Of a stretch of DNA of 45,264 nt, positions 21,583 to 30,921 are shown piece after piece (the stretch's first letter is position 1; each line of letters starts with the position of its first letter). Where the stretch lies: contig JBGSHR010000238.1 in NCBI GenBank assembly GCA_041752155.1, forward strand, positions 1 through 45,264, in the 5' to 3' direction. The translations under genes and the position numbers were made by a program. The stretch comes from Thiobacillaceae bacterium. GTDB lineage: Bacteria > Pseudomonadota > Gammaproteobacteria > Burkholderiales > Thiobacillaceae. The notes under the pieces were generated by a model, which was given only the letters and a program-made list of their open reading frames with translations, was not told the DNA's origin and searched no databases.

Positions 21583-23019
21583 ATGCGTTATCTCAGCACC
21601 CGGGGCAACGCGCCCACCCAGTCCTTCCTGGAGATACTGTTAGGCGGACTGGCCCCCGACGGCGGCCTGTATCTGCCCGAGCGCTACCCGCATTTCTCCG
21701 GCGATGATCTGGCCGCCATGCGGACCATGGACTACCGTCAGCTGGCCTTCGTCATTTTTTCACGCCTGACGGACGACATCCCGGCGGCGGACCTGAAGGC
21801 CTTGATCGATCGCACCTATACCGCCGAGACATACAGCCACGGCCGCCCGGATTCCGATTTCACGCAAATTGCCCCGGTACGCCGATTGAAAGATGGCCTC
21901 TACCTGCTGGAACTGTCCAACGGCCCCACACTGGCCTTCAAGGACATGGCCATGCAGCTCCTGGGCAATCTGTTCGAGTACGCTCTGGACAAGGCCGGCC
22001 GGGACATCAACATCCTCGGCGCCACCTCCGGCGACACCGGCTCCGCCGCCGAATACGCCATGCGTGGCAAGCACCATGTGCGGGTGTTCATGCTCTCGCC
22101 GGTGCAGGGCATGACCCGTTTCCAGCAGGCCCAAATGTATAGCTTGCAGGACGAAAACATTCACAACATCGCCATCCGCGGGGTATTCGACGACTGCCAG
22201 GACATTGTGAAGAATGTTTCCAATGACCTTGATTTCAAATCTAAATATCGCATCGGCGCGGTCAATTCAATCAACTGGGCCCGGGTTGCCGCCCAGGTCA
22301 TCTACTACTTCAAGGCCTACTTCGCGGTCACCACGGAAAACCAGCAGCAGGTGTCTTTCTCGGTGCCATCGGGCAACTTCGGCAATGTCTGCGCCGGCCA
22401 CATCGCCCGCATGATGGGCCTGCCCATCCGCAAGCTGATCGTCGCCTCCAACGAGAACGACGTGCTGGACGAGTTCTTCCGCACCGGCGTCTATCGCCCG
22501 CGCAAGGCGGCGGAGACCCTGCACACCTCTAGCCCGTCCATGGATATCTCCAAGGCCTCCAACTTCGAGCGCTTCATTGCCGACCTCACCGGCCGCGACA
22601 GCGCCCGGGTGGCGGAACTGTGGCGCGCGGTGGATGCCGGCGCCAGCTTCGATCTCAAGCCCTCCGGCCTGTTCGACCAAGTCCAGCAGTTCGGCCTGGA
22701 GTCCGGCCGCAGCACCCACGCTGATCGCCTGGCGACCATACGCATGGCCTGGGAACAGTTTGGCACCATGATCGATACCCATACCGCCGATGGCCTCAAG
22801 GTGGGTCTGGAACATCGCGAGGCCAGCGTGCCCCTGGTGTGCCTGGAAACGGCCCTGCCCGCCAAGTTTGAGGACACCATCCAGGAGGCCCTGGGACGCA
22901 AGCCGGAGCGGCCCGCCGGATTGGAAAACCTGGAAGATCTGCCCCAGCGGGTAGAGGTGATGGAAGCTGACACGGAAGCGGTAAAAGCCTTGATCGCCCG
23001 CTACGCCAGCACTGCCTGA
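21583..23019 (+). CDS. thrC: Threonine synthase
   Basis: MRYLSTRG... with the PLP lysine context GPTLAFKDMAMQ. 478 aa. Confidence 0.95.
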   Translation: MRYLSTRGNAPTQSFLEILLGGLAPDGGLYLPERYPHFSGDDLAAMRTMDYRQLAFVIFSRLTDDIPAADLKALIDRTYTAETYSHGRPDSDFTQIAPVRRLKDGLYLLELSNGPTLAFKDMAMQLLGNLFEYALDKAGRDINILGATSGDTGSAAEYAMRGKHHVRVFMLSPVQGMTRFQQAQMYSLQDENIHNIAIRGVFDDCQDIVKNVSNDLDFKSKYRIGAVNSINWARVAAQVIYYFKAYFAVTTENQQQVSFSVPSGNFGNVCAGHIARMMGLPIRKLIVASNENDVLDEFFRTGVYRPRKAAETLHTSSPSMDISKASNFERFIADLTGRDSARVAELWRAVDAGASFDLKPSGLFDQVQQFGLESGRSTHADRLATIRMAWEQFGTMIDTHTADGLKVGLEHREASVPLVCLETALPAKFEDTIQEALGRKPERPAGLENLEDLPQRVEVMEADTEAVKALIARYASTA

Positions 23020-23036
23020 ACCCGGTTGCGTGATCC

Positions 23037-23068
23037 AAAAAACAGGGCGCTTTTAGTGCCCTGTTTTA
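23037..23068. terminator. Bidirectional rho-independent terminator between convergent thrC and lplT
   Basis: AAAAAACAGGGC-gcttttagt-GCCCTGTTTT. The hairpin is flanked by an A-run on one side and a T-run on the other. Confidence 0.8.
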
Positions 23069-23113
23069 TTTCGCACCGGGTGTTCCCCGTGCATTCGACC
23101 CTGGCAAAGCGAT

Positions 23114-24331
23114 TCAGTGCACTTCGTCGTAGCGGTGCCGGCGCCAGATCACGGTCATGGCGATACTGATGAAGAGCCCGAAGGACACGATCACCCAGTG
23201 GATGTGCACCCCATGGCCCACCATGAAGGTGTAAGCCCCAAGCAAGACCAGGATGCCGATGTTCTCGTTGAAGTTCTGGATGGCGATGGAGTGGCCCGCG
23301 CCCATGAGCAGGTGGCCACGGTGCTGGAGCAGGGCGTTCAGCGGCACCACGAAATAGCCGGACAGGACGCCGATGACGAACATGAGGCCCATGGCCAGGC
23401 GCCAGTCGGTAACAAAGATCATGGCGATCACGGTAAGGCCCAGCAAGATGCCCGCCGGCAGCACTTTCACGGAATCCTCCAGTTTCACCCACTTGCCCGC
23501 CACCGCCGCACCGACGGCGATGCCCACCGCCACCACCGCCATCAACTGGGTGGCATGGGTGAGGTCGAACTTCAAATTAAAGGCCGCCCAGGCCAGGACC
23601 ACCAAGCGCAGGGTGGCGCCGACCCCCCAGAACAGGGTGGTCACCGCCAGGGAAACTTGACCCAGGGAGTCTTTCCACAACAGCCGGAAGGAATGCCAGA
23701 AGTCGTGCAGCAGATAGAGCGGATTCTTCTTGGGCGGCTTGTGGTCGATGGGGAGCTGGGGGATGTACAGGTTGATCCAGGCTGCGCCCAGATAGAGGAA
23801 CAGGATGATGAGGATGGAAAACTGGGGAATGCTGAGCCAGTCCGCCAATCCCCATTGATGTAGCGCGGCGCCGGCAATCCTGGGGCTGATGAGCAGGCCG
23901 CCGACGATGGCCCCCAGAATGATGGCGACCACCGTCGCGCCTTCCATCCAGCTGTTTGCCTTCACCAGATCGGAGGAGGGGAGATACTCGGTCAGGATGC
24001 CGTACTTGGCCGGGGAATAGGCCGCCGCGCCGATCCCGACGATGGCATAGGCGTAGAGCGGTTGCATGCCGGCCAGCATGGCGAGACAACCGACCACCTT
24101 GATGGTGTTGGAAATGAACATGACCCGGCCCTTGGGCATGGCGTCCGCGAATGGGCCGACAAAGGGGGCCAGCAGGATGTAGGCGATGACAAAGAATTCT
24201 TGCAACAGAGGCGTGTGCCAATCTGGTGCGGAGAGGGCTGTCAGGAGGGCAATGGCAGCGAAGAGGAGGGCATTGTCGGCTAACGCGGAAAAAAATTGCG
24301 CAGCGAGAATAATGTAAAAACCGCGATTCAT
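23114..24331 (-). CDS. lplT: Lysophospholipid transporter LplT (MFS)
   Basis: 405 aa. AQFFSALADNALLFAAIALL, AAAYSPAKYGIL and VVPLNALLQHRG match motifs recalled from E. coli LplT. Confidence 0.85.
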   Translation of the reverse strand: MNRGFYIILAAQFFSALADNALLFAAIALLTALSAPDWHTPLLQEFFVIAYILLAPFVGPFADAMPKGRVMFISNTIKVVGCLAMLAGMQPLYAYAIVGIGAAAYSPAKYGILTEYLPSSDLVKANSWMEGATVVAIILGAIVGGLLISPRIAGAALHQWGLADWLSIPQFSILIILFLYLGAAWINLYIPQLPIDHKPPKKNPLYLLHDFWHSFRLLWKDSLGQVSLAVTTLFWGVGATLRLVVLAWAAFNLKFDLTHATQLMAVVAVGIAVGAAVAGKWVKLEDSVKVLPAGILLGLTVIAMIFVTDWRLAMGLMFVIGVLSGYFVVPLNALLQHRGHLLMGAGHSIAIQNFNENIGILVLLGAYTFMVGHGVHIHWVIVSFGLFISIAMTVIWRRHRYDEVH

Positions 24332-24499
24332 TAGGCCGTTTAGTTGGCGGTACGTTGTGGATATTTCCTGGCGATTTATAACATGAGCCCGCGCGGGCAG
24401 CTATCCGTAAACCATTATTCCGAGCGGGTTTCGGGGGGATTGGCGGGGATCGCCGTGGAAATCGCCGGACGGCGCTAGTACGACTGTCATAGATAAGCA

Positions 24500-24522
24500 A
24501 ATTATGATTCAATTGCATAATT
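24500..24522. promoter_or_regulatory. LysR-type (T-N11-A) palindromic operator in the lplT / LysR divergent intergenic region
   Basis: Perfect inverted repeat AATTATG-N9-CATAATT in an AT-rich stretch 24 nt upstream of the LysR gene start. Confidence 0.5.
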
Positions 24523-24545
24523 AATTTTTATCAGCTTATAAGCAT

Positions 24546-25466
24546 ATGGCGGATCGCCGACTGCAAGTTTTCCATACCGTGGCCAAGCAGCTGTCCTTCA
24601 CCAAGGCGGCTGAGCTGCTGTTCATGACCCAGCCCGCGGTCACTTTCCAGGTCAAGCAACTGGAAGAGCATTTCAATACCCGCCTGTTCGAGCGCTCCCA
24701 CGGCAAGATTTCCCTCACGCCGGCCGGGGAGCTGGCCCTGGATTATGCCGAGCGCATCCTCAATATGACGGGGGAGATGGAGGCCCGCATCTCCGAACTT
24801 ACCGGCCAGGTCAGTGGCCCGCTGCTGATCGGCGCGTCCACCACCATTGCCGAATACATGCTTCCCCGCCTGTTGGGCGAGTTCAAGAAGAAGCACCCGG
24901 AAACCCAGGCGCGCTTGACCGTGGCCAACTCCGAAACCATCGAGAACAAGGTCGCGGACCACACCCTGGATCTGGGGCTGATCGAATCGCCGTCCCATCA
25001 TCCCAACCTGGTCACGGAAGTCTGTTGTGAAGACGAATTGGTGATGATCTGCGCCCCCTTCTCGGATCTGGCGAAGATGTCCTCCGTGAGTCCGCGCCAA
25101 GTGGCGGATCATCCCTACATCACGCGCGAGTCCGGTTCCGGTACGCGCGAGTGCATCGACGACTTCCTGCGCCTGAACGGGGTCAATCTGGACGAGGTCA
25201 ATCTGGTCATGGAGTTGGGCAGCCGGGAGGCCATCAAGGGCGCCGTGGCCGCGGGCCTGGGCGTCGCCGTGGTGTCCAGCACCACGGTGGTCAAGGAGGT
25301 GAAGCTGGGCGAGCTGGTCTCCATCCGCCTGGAACCGCCCCTGCGGCGCCAACTCACCCTGGTTTATCCCCAGGAGAAATTCCGCAGCAAGTTGCTCCAG
25401 GCCTTCCTGGACTTCATGGAAAGCAGCCCGCTCATCAAGGAATACGCGCTGCCCAAGGCGAACTGA
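24546..25466 (+). CDS. LysR-family transcriptional regulator
   Basis: LQVFHTVAKQLSFTKAAELLFMTQPAVTFQVKQLEEHF is an N-terminal wHTH, followed by a substrate-binding-like C-terminal domain. Confidence 0.92.
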   Translation: MADRRLQVFHTVAKQLSFTKAAELLFMTQPAVTFQVKQLEEHFNTRLFERSHGKISLTPAGELALDYAERILNMTGEMEARISELTGQVSGPLLIGASTTIAEYMLPRLLGEFKKKHPETQARLTVANSETIENKVADHTLDLGLIESPSHHPNLVTEVCCEDELVMICAPFSDLAKMSSVSPRQVADHPYITRESGSGTRECIDDFLRLNGVNLDEVNLVMELGSREAIKGAVAAGLGVAVVSSTTVVKEVKLGELVSIRLEPPLRRQLTLVYPQEKFRSKLLQAFLDFMESSPLIKEYALPKAN

Positions 25467-25813
25467 TGACCGCTGACGAACGTCGCCTGCTGCGCGCCTT
25501 TCGGGCGCTGTCGGAAACCCGGCGGCAAGGCCTGCTGGACTATGCCGAATTCCTCCTGGCCCAAAACCAGCCGGAGCAGGCCGCCCCTTCCCCCATCCCC
25601 CTGGACATCCCCCGCCCCCCCCAGGAGAGCGTGGTCAAAGCCATCAAACGCCTGCGCGAAACCTACCCCATGCTGGATCGGGCCAAGATTTTGCATGAAA
25701 CCTCCGGCCTCATGACCCAGCACCTGCTCCACGGTCGCTTGGCGCCGGACGTGATCGACGATCTCGAGGCCCTGTTCCGCCGTTACTACCAAGACCACAT
25801 CAATCCCCAGTAG
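25466..25813 (+). CDS. Hypothetical protein (115 aa: helical N-terminus, Pro-rich linker, helical C-terminus)
   Basis: The ATG overlaps the LysR stop (TGATG). GC3-rich codon usage is consistent with real coding. No family recognised. Confidence 0.6.
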   Translation: MTADERRLLRAFRALSETRRQGLLDYAEFLLAQNQPEQAAPSPIPLDIPRPPQESVVKAIKRLRETYPMLDRAKILHETSGLMTQHLLHGRLAPDVIDDLEALFRRYYQDHINPQ

Positions 25814-25865
25814 CGTGTTCCCGCCACCTGCAAGACAATCCCGGCTGGAATATCGAGGTAACGCC

Positions 25866-26561
25866 ATGACCAACGCCGACCCGGCTGAATTGGACAAATT
25901 CAGCCAACTTGCCCACCGCTGGTGGGATACCAACTCCGAATTCAAGCCCTTGCACGACATCAACCCTCTGCGCCTGGACTGGATCGACCAGCATGCCGCC
26001 ATCCCAGGCAAGCGTGTGCTTGACGTGGGCTGCGGCGGCGGCATCCTGGCCGAGAGCATGGCCACCCGGGGCGCCCAGGTGAGCGGCATCGACCTGTCAG
26101 AAAAGGCCCTCAAGGTGGCCAAGCTGCATCAGTTGGAATCCGGCGCCCAGGTAGACTACCGCCTGATCGCCGCCGAGGATCTGGCCGCCGAACAGCCGGC
26201 GGGCTTCGATGTGGTCACCTGCATGGAAATGCTGGAACACGTGCCCGATCCCGTCTCCATCATGGCGGCTTGCGCCCGCATGGTGAAGCCGGGGGGCTGG
26301 GTGTTTTTCTCCACCCTGAATCGCAACCCCAAGAGCTATATGTTCGCCATTCTGGGCGCCGAATACCTGCTCAATCTGCTGCCCAAAGGCACCCACGACT
26401 GGGCCAAATTCATCAAGCCCCACGAGCTGGCTTCCTACGCACGCCAAGCCGGCCTGGAACCGGTGGAACTCATGGGCATGACCTACAACCCCTTCACCAA
26501 AGTCTATCGCCTGGAACGGGATACCGACGTCAATTACCTGCTTGCCTGCCGGCGTGGTTGA
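25866..26561 (+). CDS. ubiG: Bifunctional 3-demethylubiquinone-9 3-O-methyltransferase / 2-polyprenyl-6-hydroxyphenol methylase
   Basis: [10 protein letters not shown]...[13 protein letters not shown]......[16 protein letters not shown] (SAM motif). ATG 25866 has a GAGG SD and is preferred over the ORF-track start at 25815. Confidence 0.93.
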   Translation: MTNADPAELDKFSQLAHRWWDTNSEFKPLHDINPLRLDWIDQHAAIPGKRVLDVGCGGGILAESMATRGAQVSGIDLSEKALKVAKLHQLESGAQVDYRLIAAEDLAAEQPAGFDVVTCMEMLEHVPDPVSIMAACARMVKPGGWVFFSTLNRNPKSYMFAILGAEYLLNLLPKGTHDWAKFIKPHELASYARQAGLEPVELMGMTYNPFTKVYRLERDTDVNYLLACRRG

Positions 26562-27213
26562 TACCGTCCTGTTCGACCTGGACGGCACCCTGGTCGATAC
26601 CGCCCCGGATCTGGGCCATGCCCTGAACGAGATGCGCCGGCGGCGCGGCATGCCGGCCCTGGCGGATGCCTTGACCCGGCCCCAGGCCTCCCATGGCTCC
26701 CAGGGCATGCTGCGCCTGGGCTTCGGCATCGAACCCGACCACCCGGATTTTCCGACCCTACGCCAGGAATTCCTGGCCACCTATGAAGCCCATCTCACCG
26801 CCAACTCCCTTGTGTTCCCGGGCATGGCGGAGGTGCTGGCCGAGCTGGAGGGCAGGGGGCTCAAGTGGGGGGTGGTCACCAACAAGCCCGCTCGCTACAC
26901 CGAACCCTTGCTCGCCCATCTGGGCCTCATGGCACGCGCCGCCTGCGTCGTCTCCGGCGACACCTGCCCCCAGTCCAAGCCCCATCCCGCTCCCATGCTG
27001 CATGCCTGCCACGTGGCCGCCAGCAACCCCGCCCACTGTCTGTACGTGGGCGATGCCGCCCGCGACGTGGAGGCCGCGACGGCGGCGGGCATTCCAACGC
27101 TGGTCGCCCTCTATGGCTATCTGGGCGAACACGATCAGCCGGAACAATGGGGGGCGGCGGGTTTCATCCGGTCGCCGGCCGGCTTGCTTGACTGGCTGGG
27201 GCTTGGCGCGTAG
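26542..27213 (+). CDS. gph: Phosphoglycolate phosphatase (HAD-IA)
   Basis: [22 protein letters not shown] and [12 protein letters not shown]. It occupies the usual ubiG-gph position. The start could be TTG 26542 or GTG 26554. Confidence 0.88.
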   Translation: MPAGVVDTVLFDLDGTLVDTAPDLGHALNEMRRRRGMPALADALTRPQASHGSQGMLRLGFGIEPDHPDFPTLRQEFLATYEAHLTANSLVFPGMAEVLAELEGRGLKWGVVTNKPARYTEPLLAHLGLMARAACVVSGDTCPQSKPHPAPMLHACHVAASNPAHCLYVGDAARDVEAATAAGIPTLVALYGYLGEHDQPEQWGAAGFIRSPAGLLDWLGLGA

Positions 27214-27273
27214 ATTGTTTTTGTCCCCGGGATTGAACTTTCGCTCAGGGGCTATATCTTAAGTACTACCACT

Positions 27274-27634
27274 GGGGCCGACCTGGCTTCGACGTGGGTT
27301 GCAAAGCAGACAAGGGCATACCGAGGACCAGTTCCCTCGTAAATCCAGCTGGAATTTATTAGTCGCCAACGACGAAACCTACGCTCTAGCCGCTTGACGG
27401 CTAGACTCCACACCGGTTGGTCCATGGGCCGGGCTGGGAAACCAGCAGTGGAGTCATACACATGGACTCGCTTTGACTCGGGCCGCTTGAGTCGAAGTTA
27501 AATTAAGGTGGCTCGTTTGAACTCAGCCTGTCTGGCCGGCGGGGTTCAGATTAAAAACAAATGACCGGACTAAGTATGTAGAACTTGCTGTGGAGGACTT
27601 GCGGACGGGGGTTCGATCCCCCCCGGCTCCACCA
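27274..27634 (+). ncRNA. ssrA: tmRNA (SsrA), tag ANDETYALAA
   Basis: The 5' GGGGCCG pairs with the 3' CGGCTCC, including the G3:U Ala-identity pair. The T-arm is GGTTCGATCCC and the 3' ACCA is present. The tag reading frame is GCC AAC GAC GAA ACC TAC GCT CTA GCC GCT TGA at 27365-27397. Confidence 0.95.
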
Positions 27635-27660
27635 GTTGATTGTCTGAAGTAGTCCGACGA

Positions 27661-27702
27661 AGGCCGGTAAACCAAGAGAAATCAAGGTTTCCGGCCTTTT
27701 TC
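27661..27702 (+). terminator. Rho-independent terminator after ssrA
   Basis: AGGCCGGTAAACC...GGTTTCCGGCCT long hairpin followed by TTTTT. Confidence 0.75.
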
Positions 27703-27853
27703 TTGCCTGAAATCCCCGCGCCACGCGGGGTTTCTGCCATCCGTGCAGCGGGTGGGATCTCGCCGAAACGCCCGAATTTGGCCACTTTCCTGGCCATAGC
27801 CGTCTCTTTTCTCCGTTTGGCCCGCGGGTAGGCGCAGATGGTGCTCTAGCAAA

Positions 27854-27914
27854 CTCATGAGGTGCTCATGAACTGCTCATGGGAGAAGTTCATCGCCGTG
27901 TCATGATCCGTCAC
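27854..27914 (+). promoter_or_regulatory. Array of six helically phased TCAY direct repeats (Pho-box-like) upstream of the phosphoesterase gene
   Basis: TCAT occurs at 27855, 27866, 27877, 27890 and 27901, and TCAC at 27911, giving spacings of 11, 11, 13, 11 and 10. The last two units read GTGTCATgatcCGTCAC, compared with the Pho box CTGTCATawawCTGTCAY. A -10-like TTTAAT lies at 27929-27934. Confidence 0.5.
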
Positions 27915-27952
27915 GACAATGGCGCACTTTTAATTCGACTAGTGGGTACGCC

Positions 27953-30889
27953 ATGGAACGCATCGATCGCTTCATCTGGACTTTGCAACGTCTGATTGCG
28001 GTTCTGTTCCTGAGTCTGGCTGGCAATCTGGCTTGGGCCGCGGATCTGGTGCCCTACCTGCAAACGCCGACTGCCACCTCGATCTGGGTGTCCTGGAAAT
28101 CGGCGGCGGTGGGCACCCCGGTGGTCGAGTACGGCACCACGGCAGACAACCTGAACATGCAGGCCACCGGCTCCAGCCAGCAACTGGCGGCCGACTACTT
28201 CTTCCAAGGCGTACAGCTCACCGGCCTGAGCCCCGAGACCTTCTACTACTACCGCATCAAGACCGGCGCCCAGGTGTCCAATGTCTACCGATTCCGCACC
28301 CAGCCTACCCATGGTCAGACCAGCGGCAAGTTCCGCATCCTGGTGGCCGGGGATCACCAGATCCGGGACCAGAGCCGCTACCTGACCCTGATGAACGCGG
28401 CCAAGGCCAAGATCGAATCCATGTACGGCCAGCCCCTGGAAGAGGTGGTCAACCTGCTGGTGAACGACGGCGACCAGGTGGATGTGGGCACTCTGGACCA
28501 CTACGAGCAGCTGCATTTCCGCCAGTCGGCGCCGGTCTCCAAGAACATCCCCATCATGACCACGGTGGGCAACCACGAGGCCTACTACGACCCGGGCATG
28601 GCCAACTGGAAGGCCCACTTCTTCATCGACGGCATCAACTACAAGGGCCACGCCCCCGGGCCGGACGAGCGCTACTACGCCAACCACGTGGGCCGGGTGT
28701 TATTCATCCACCTGGACAGCGAGGCCACCAGCGACATCCAGAAGAACTGGGCCCAGGCGGTCATGGCCAGCGCCGACGCCGACCCCGAGGTGGACTGGGT
28801 GATCAGCGTCATCCACCGGCCCTATCAAGCGGAACAATATGTGGGCGACATCTCCGGCTGGTTCCGGGATCAGGTGATGCCCATCCTGTCCGCCTCCCGC
28901 AAGCATGTGCTCAACATCGCTGGTCACCATCACCTCTACGCCCGTGGCCAGACCCGGGATTGGCCCACCTACCACATGATCTCCGGCGGCACCGCCTGGG
29001 ACCAGTTCTGGGGCCAGTCCACGGAAAAGGACTTCGATGATGTGCAGAAGACCATCGCCAATTGGACCTGGCAGCTGATCGAGATCGACGTGGCCACCAA
29101 GGAGATGACCGTCCGCTCCTATTCCGAGGCCCATCCCAAGCTAGGCTTCGTCTATACCAGCCGTTTGACCGATGAATTCCACCGCAATCTGAATCAAGGC
29201 GCGCCGGAGCAGCCGCACCTGACCAATGCCATCAGCGGCCCCATCACGCTGCCGTTTACCTTCACCAGCTCGGAATTCCAGTCCGCCTTCGGCGAACAGT
29301 TGAACAGCACCCAGTTCCAGTTCTCCCGCAACCCGAGCTTTAGCGATCTGGTGCTGGACCGCATCCGCGACACCGAAAACCTCTATGGCGACACCGGTGC
29401 GCCGCTATACGAGCCGGTCGATATCCATGCCGGGCTCAACATCCTGTCCTATGAGCTGCCGCAATATGGTTTGCCCAATGGCGGTTACTACGCACGTGTT
29501 CGCCATCGCGACCGCAACGTGGAATGGTCGGCCTGGTCCGAAGGCGTGTTCTTCAGTATCGAGGGCAGCACCGAAGGCAGCCCGGTCCTCACACTGGCCA
29601 AGACGGTCTTCGTCCCCGCCGATAAGGTGCGCGTCGACTACGCCAATGGCACCGGCAATACCAAGGACTGGGTCGGTATCTTCAAGAAAGGCCAGACCCC
29701 GGGCAGCGTTGGTTCCACGAAGTTCGCCTACGTCACCGGCCCCAACGGCTATGTGGAGTTTTCCGGCCTGACCGCCGGCGCCGAGTACTACGCTGGCTTC
29801 TTCTCCAATGACGGCTACGGCGAGATCGCCGATAGGGTGAATTTCTACGTCGGCAGCCAGCCCAGCGTGGTCATCAATAAGACCGAGTTTGCGGTGGGCG
29901 AGGCGGTCAACTTCAACTGGACCAACGCCCCTGGCATGAGCACCGACTGGATTGGCGTCTACCGTGTCGGTCAGGTTCCCGGCCAGGTTGGATCGACCGC
30001 TTGGACCTATGCGCCGACGACCAACGGCAGCGTCAGCTTCCCCGACCTGGCCAAGGGTTACTACTACGCCACCTTCATGGCCAACGACGGCTACTTCGAG
30101 ATCATCGATCGCATCTACTTCTCGGTGGGCGACAGGATCGGCACCCTGACCATGGTCAAGACCGCTCTGGATGCCAGCGAGGACTTCGACATCGCCTTTG
30201 CCGACGGCCCCGGCATCGCCAAGGATTACCTGGGCATCTTCAAACTGGGCGATACCCCTGGCGTGGACAAGCTGGTGACGTATTACTACTTCGATGGCAA
30301 GTCCCTGGGCAGCGTGCATGTCACCGAGGATCTGCCGGACGGTAATTACTTCGTGGCCATGTTCACAAACGACTCTTACACCGAAGTCTCGAACCGGGTG
30401 GAATTCTCTGTTGGCGAGGCGCAGCTGCCGCCGCCGCCGGCCACGCTGAGCATCAACAAGGGCCAATTCTTCGACACCGAGCCAGTCGTGCTGACCTGGG
30501 CCAACACCCCCGGTGGTGCCAAGGATTGGATCGGCATCTACAAGGCCGGACAGACTCCGGGCGGCCCGGATTCCACCCAGTGGAGCTACGTCGCCGGGAG
30601 TTCCGGCAGCAAGAGCTTCAGTGGCCTGGTGGCGGGTGACTACTTCGCCGCGTTCATGATCAACGACGGCTACACGGAAGTCACCCCCCGAGTGAGCTTC
30701 AAGGTGATCAAGCTGGGCGACATCACCGGCGACGGCAAGGTGGACCTGGCCGACCGCAACGCCCAGCGCGCAGCCATGGGCAGCTGCTTCGGTGACACGC
30801 GCTACAACGCTGCCGCCAACTTCGACGCTGACAGTTGCATCACCCAGAAGGATTACAAGCTGTGGTACGCGATCTTCAAGAAGCAGTGA
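27953..30889 (+). CDS. Secreted multidomain phosphoesterase: signal peptide, PAP-type FN3 N-domain, calcineurin-like metallophosphatase, FN3-like domain, 4 tandem SKICH-like repeats, C-terminal dockerin-like module
   Basis: Signal peptide AVLFLSLAGNLAWA/AD. Metallophosphatase motifs are VAGDHQ, GDQVD, GNHE, VIHRP and GHHH. Four ~90-aa repeats contain (K/T)DW(I/V)G(I/V)(F/Y)K.GQ.PG. The C-terminus reads GDITGDGKVDLAD...NFDADSCITQKD. Confidence 0.85.
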   Translation: MERIDRFIWTLQRLIAVLFLSLAGNLAWAADLVPYLQTPTATSIWVSWKSAAVGTPVVEYGTTADNLNMQATGSSQQLAADYFFQGVQLTGLSPETFYYYRIKTGAQVSNVYRFRTQPTHGQTSGKFRILVAGDHQIRDQSRYLTLMNAAKAKIESMYGQPLEEVVNLLVNDGDQVDVGTLDHYEQLHFRQSAPVSKNIPIMTTVGNHEAYYDPGMANWKAHFFIDGINYKGHAPGPDERYYANHVGRVLFIHLDSEATSDIQKNWAQAVMASADADPEVDWVISVIHRPYQAEQYVGDISGWFRDQVMPILSASRKHVLNIAGHHHLYARGQTRDWPTYHMISGGTAWDQFWGQSTEKDFDDVQKTIANWTWQLIEIDVATKEMTVRSYSEAHPKLGFVYTSRLTDEFHRNLNQGAPEQPHLTNAISGPITLPFTFTSSEFQSAFGEQLNSTQFQFSRNPSFSDLVLDRIRDTENLYGDTGAPLYEPVDIHAGLNILSYELPQYGLPNGGYYARVRHRDRNVEWSAWSEGVFFSIEGSTEGSPVLTLAKTVFVPADKVRVDYANGTGNTKDWVGIFKKGQTPGSVGSTKFAYVTGPNGYVEFSGLTAGAEYYAGFFSNDGYGEIADRVNFYVGSQPSVVINKTEFAVGEAVNFNWTNAPGMSTDWIGVYRVGQVPGQVGSTAWTYAPTTNGSVSFPDLAKGYYYATFMANDGYFEIIDRIYFSVGDRIGTLTMVKTALDASEDFDIAFADGPGIAKDYLGIFKLGDTPGVDKLVTYYYFDGKSLGSVHVTEDLPDGNYFVAMFTNDSYTEVSNRVEFSVGEAQLPPPPATLSINKGQFFDTEPVVLTWANTPGGAKDWIGIYKAGQTPGGPDSTQWSYVAGSSGSKSFSGLVAGDYFAAFMINDGYTEVTPRVSFKVIKLGDITGDGKVDLADRNAQRAAMGSCFGDTRYNAAANFDADSCITQKDYKLWYAIFKKQ
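29582..30706 (+). repeat. Four tandem in-frame ~90-aa domain repeats inside the phosphoesterase CDS (about 29582-29854, 29861-30130, 30131-30416, 30440-30706)
   Basis: The protein-level repeat is V.(F/V).W/Y......KDWIGIYK.GQTPG...ST.W.Y.....GS..F..L..G.Y.A.F..NDGY.E...RV.F.VG. The DNA copies are diverged, so this is not a recent duplication. Confidence 0.85.
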
Positions 30890-30921
30890 TGCGCACCTGA
30901 CCCAACCCGATTTCTGGAGAA

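Noticed and set aside
27570-27797. 75-aa minus-strand ORF overlapping the tmRNA 3' end
   Set aside because: It is antisense to a structural RNA and its terminator, so it is an artefact.
27640-27831. 63-aa ORF just downstream of ssrA
   Set aside because: It overlaps the ssrA terminator and a second hairpin (CCCCGCG-cca-CGCGGGG, 27714-27730). It has no SD and poor coding bias.
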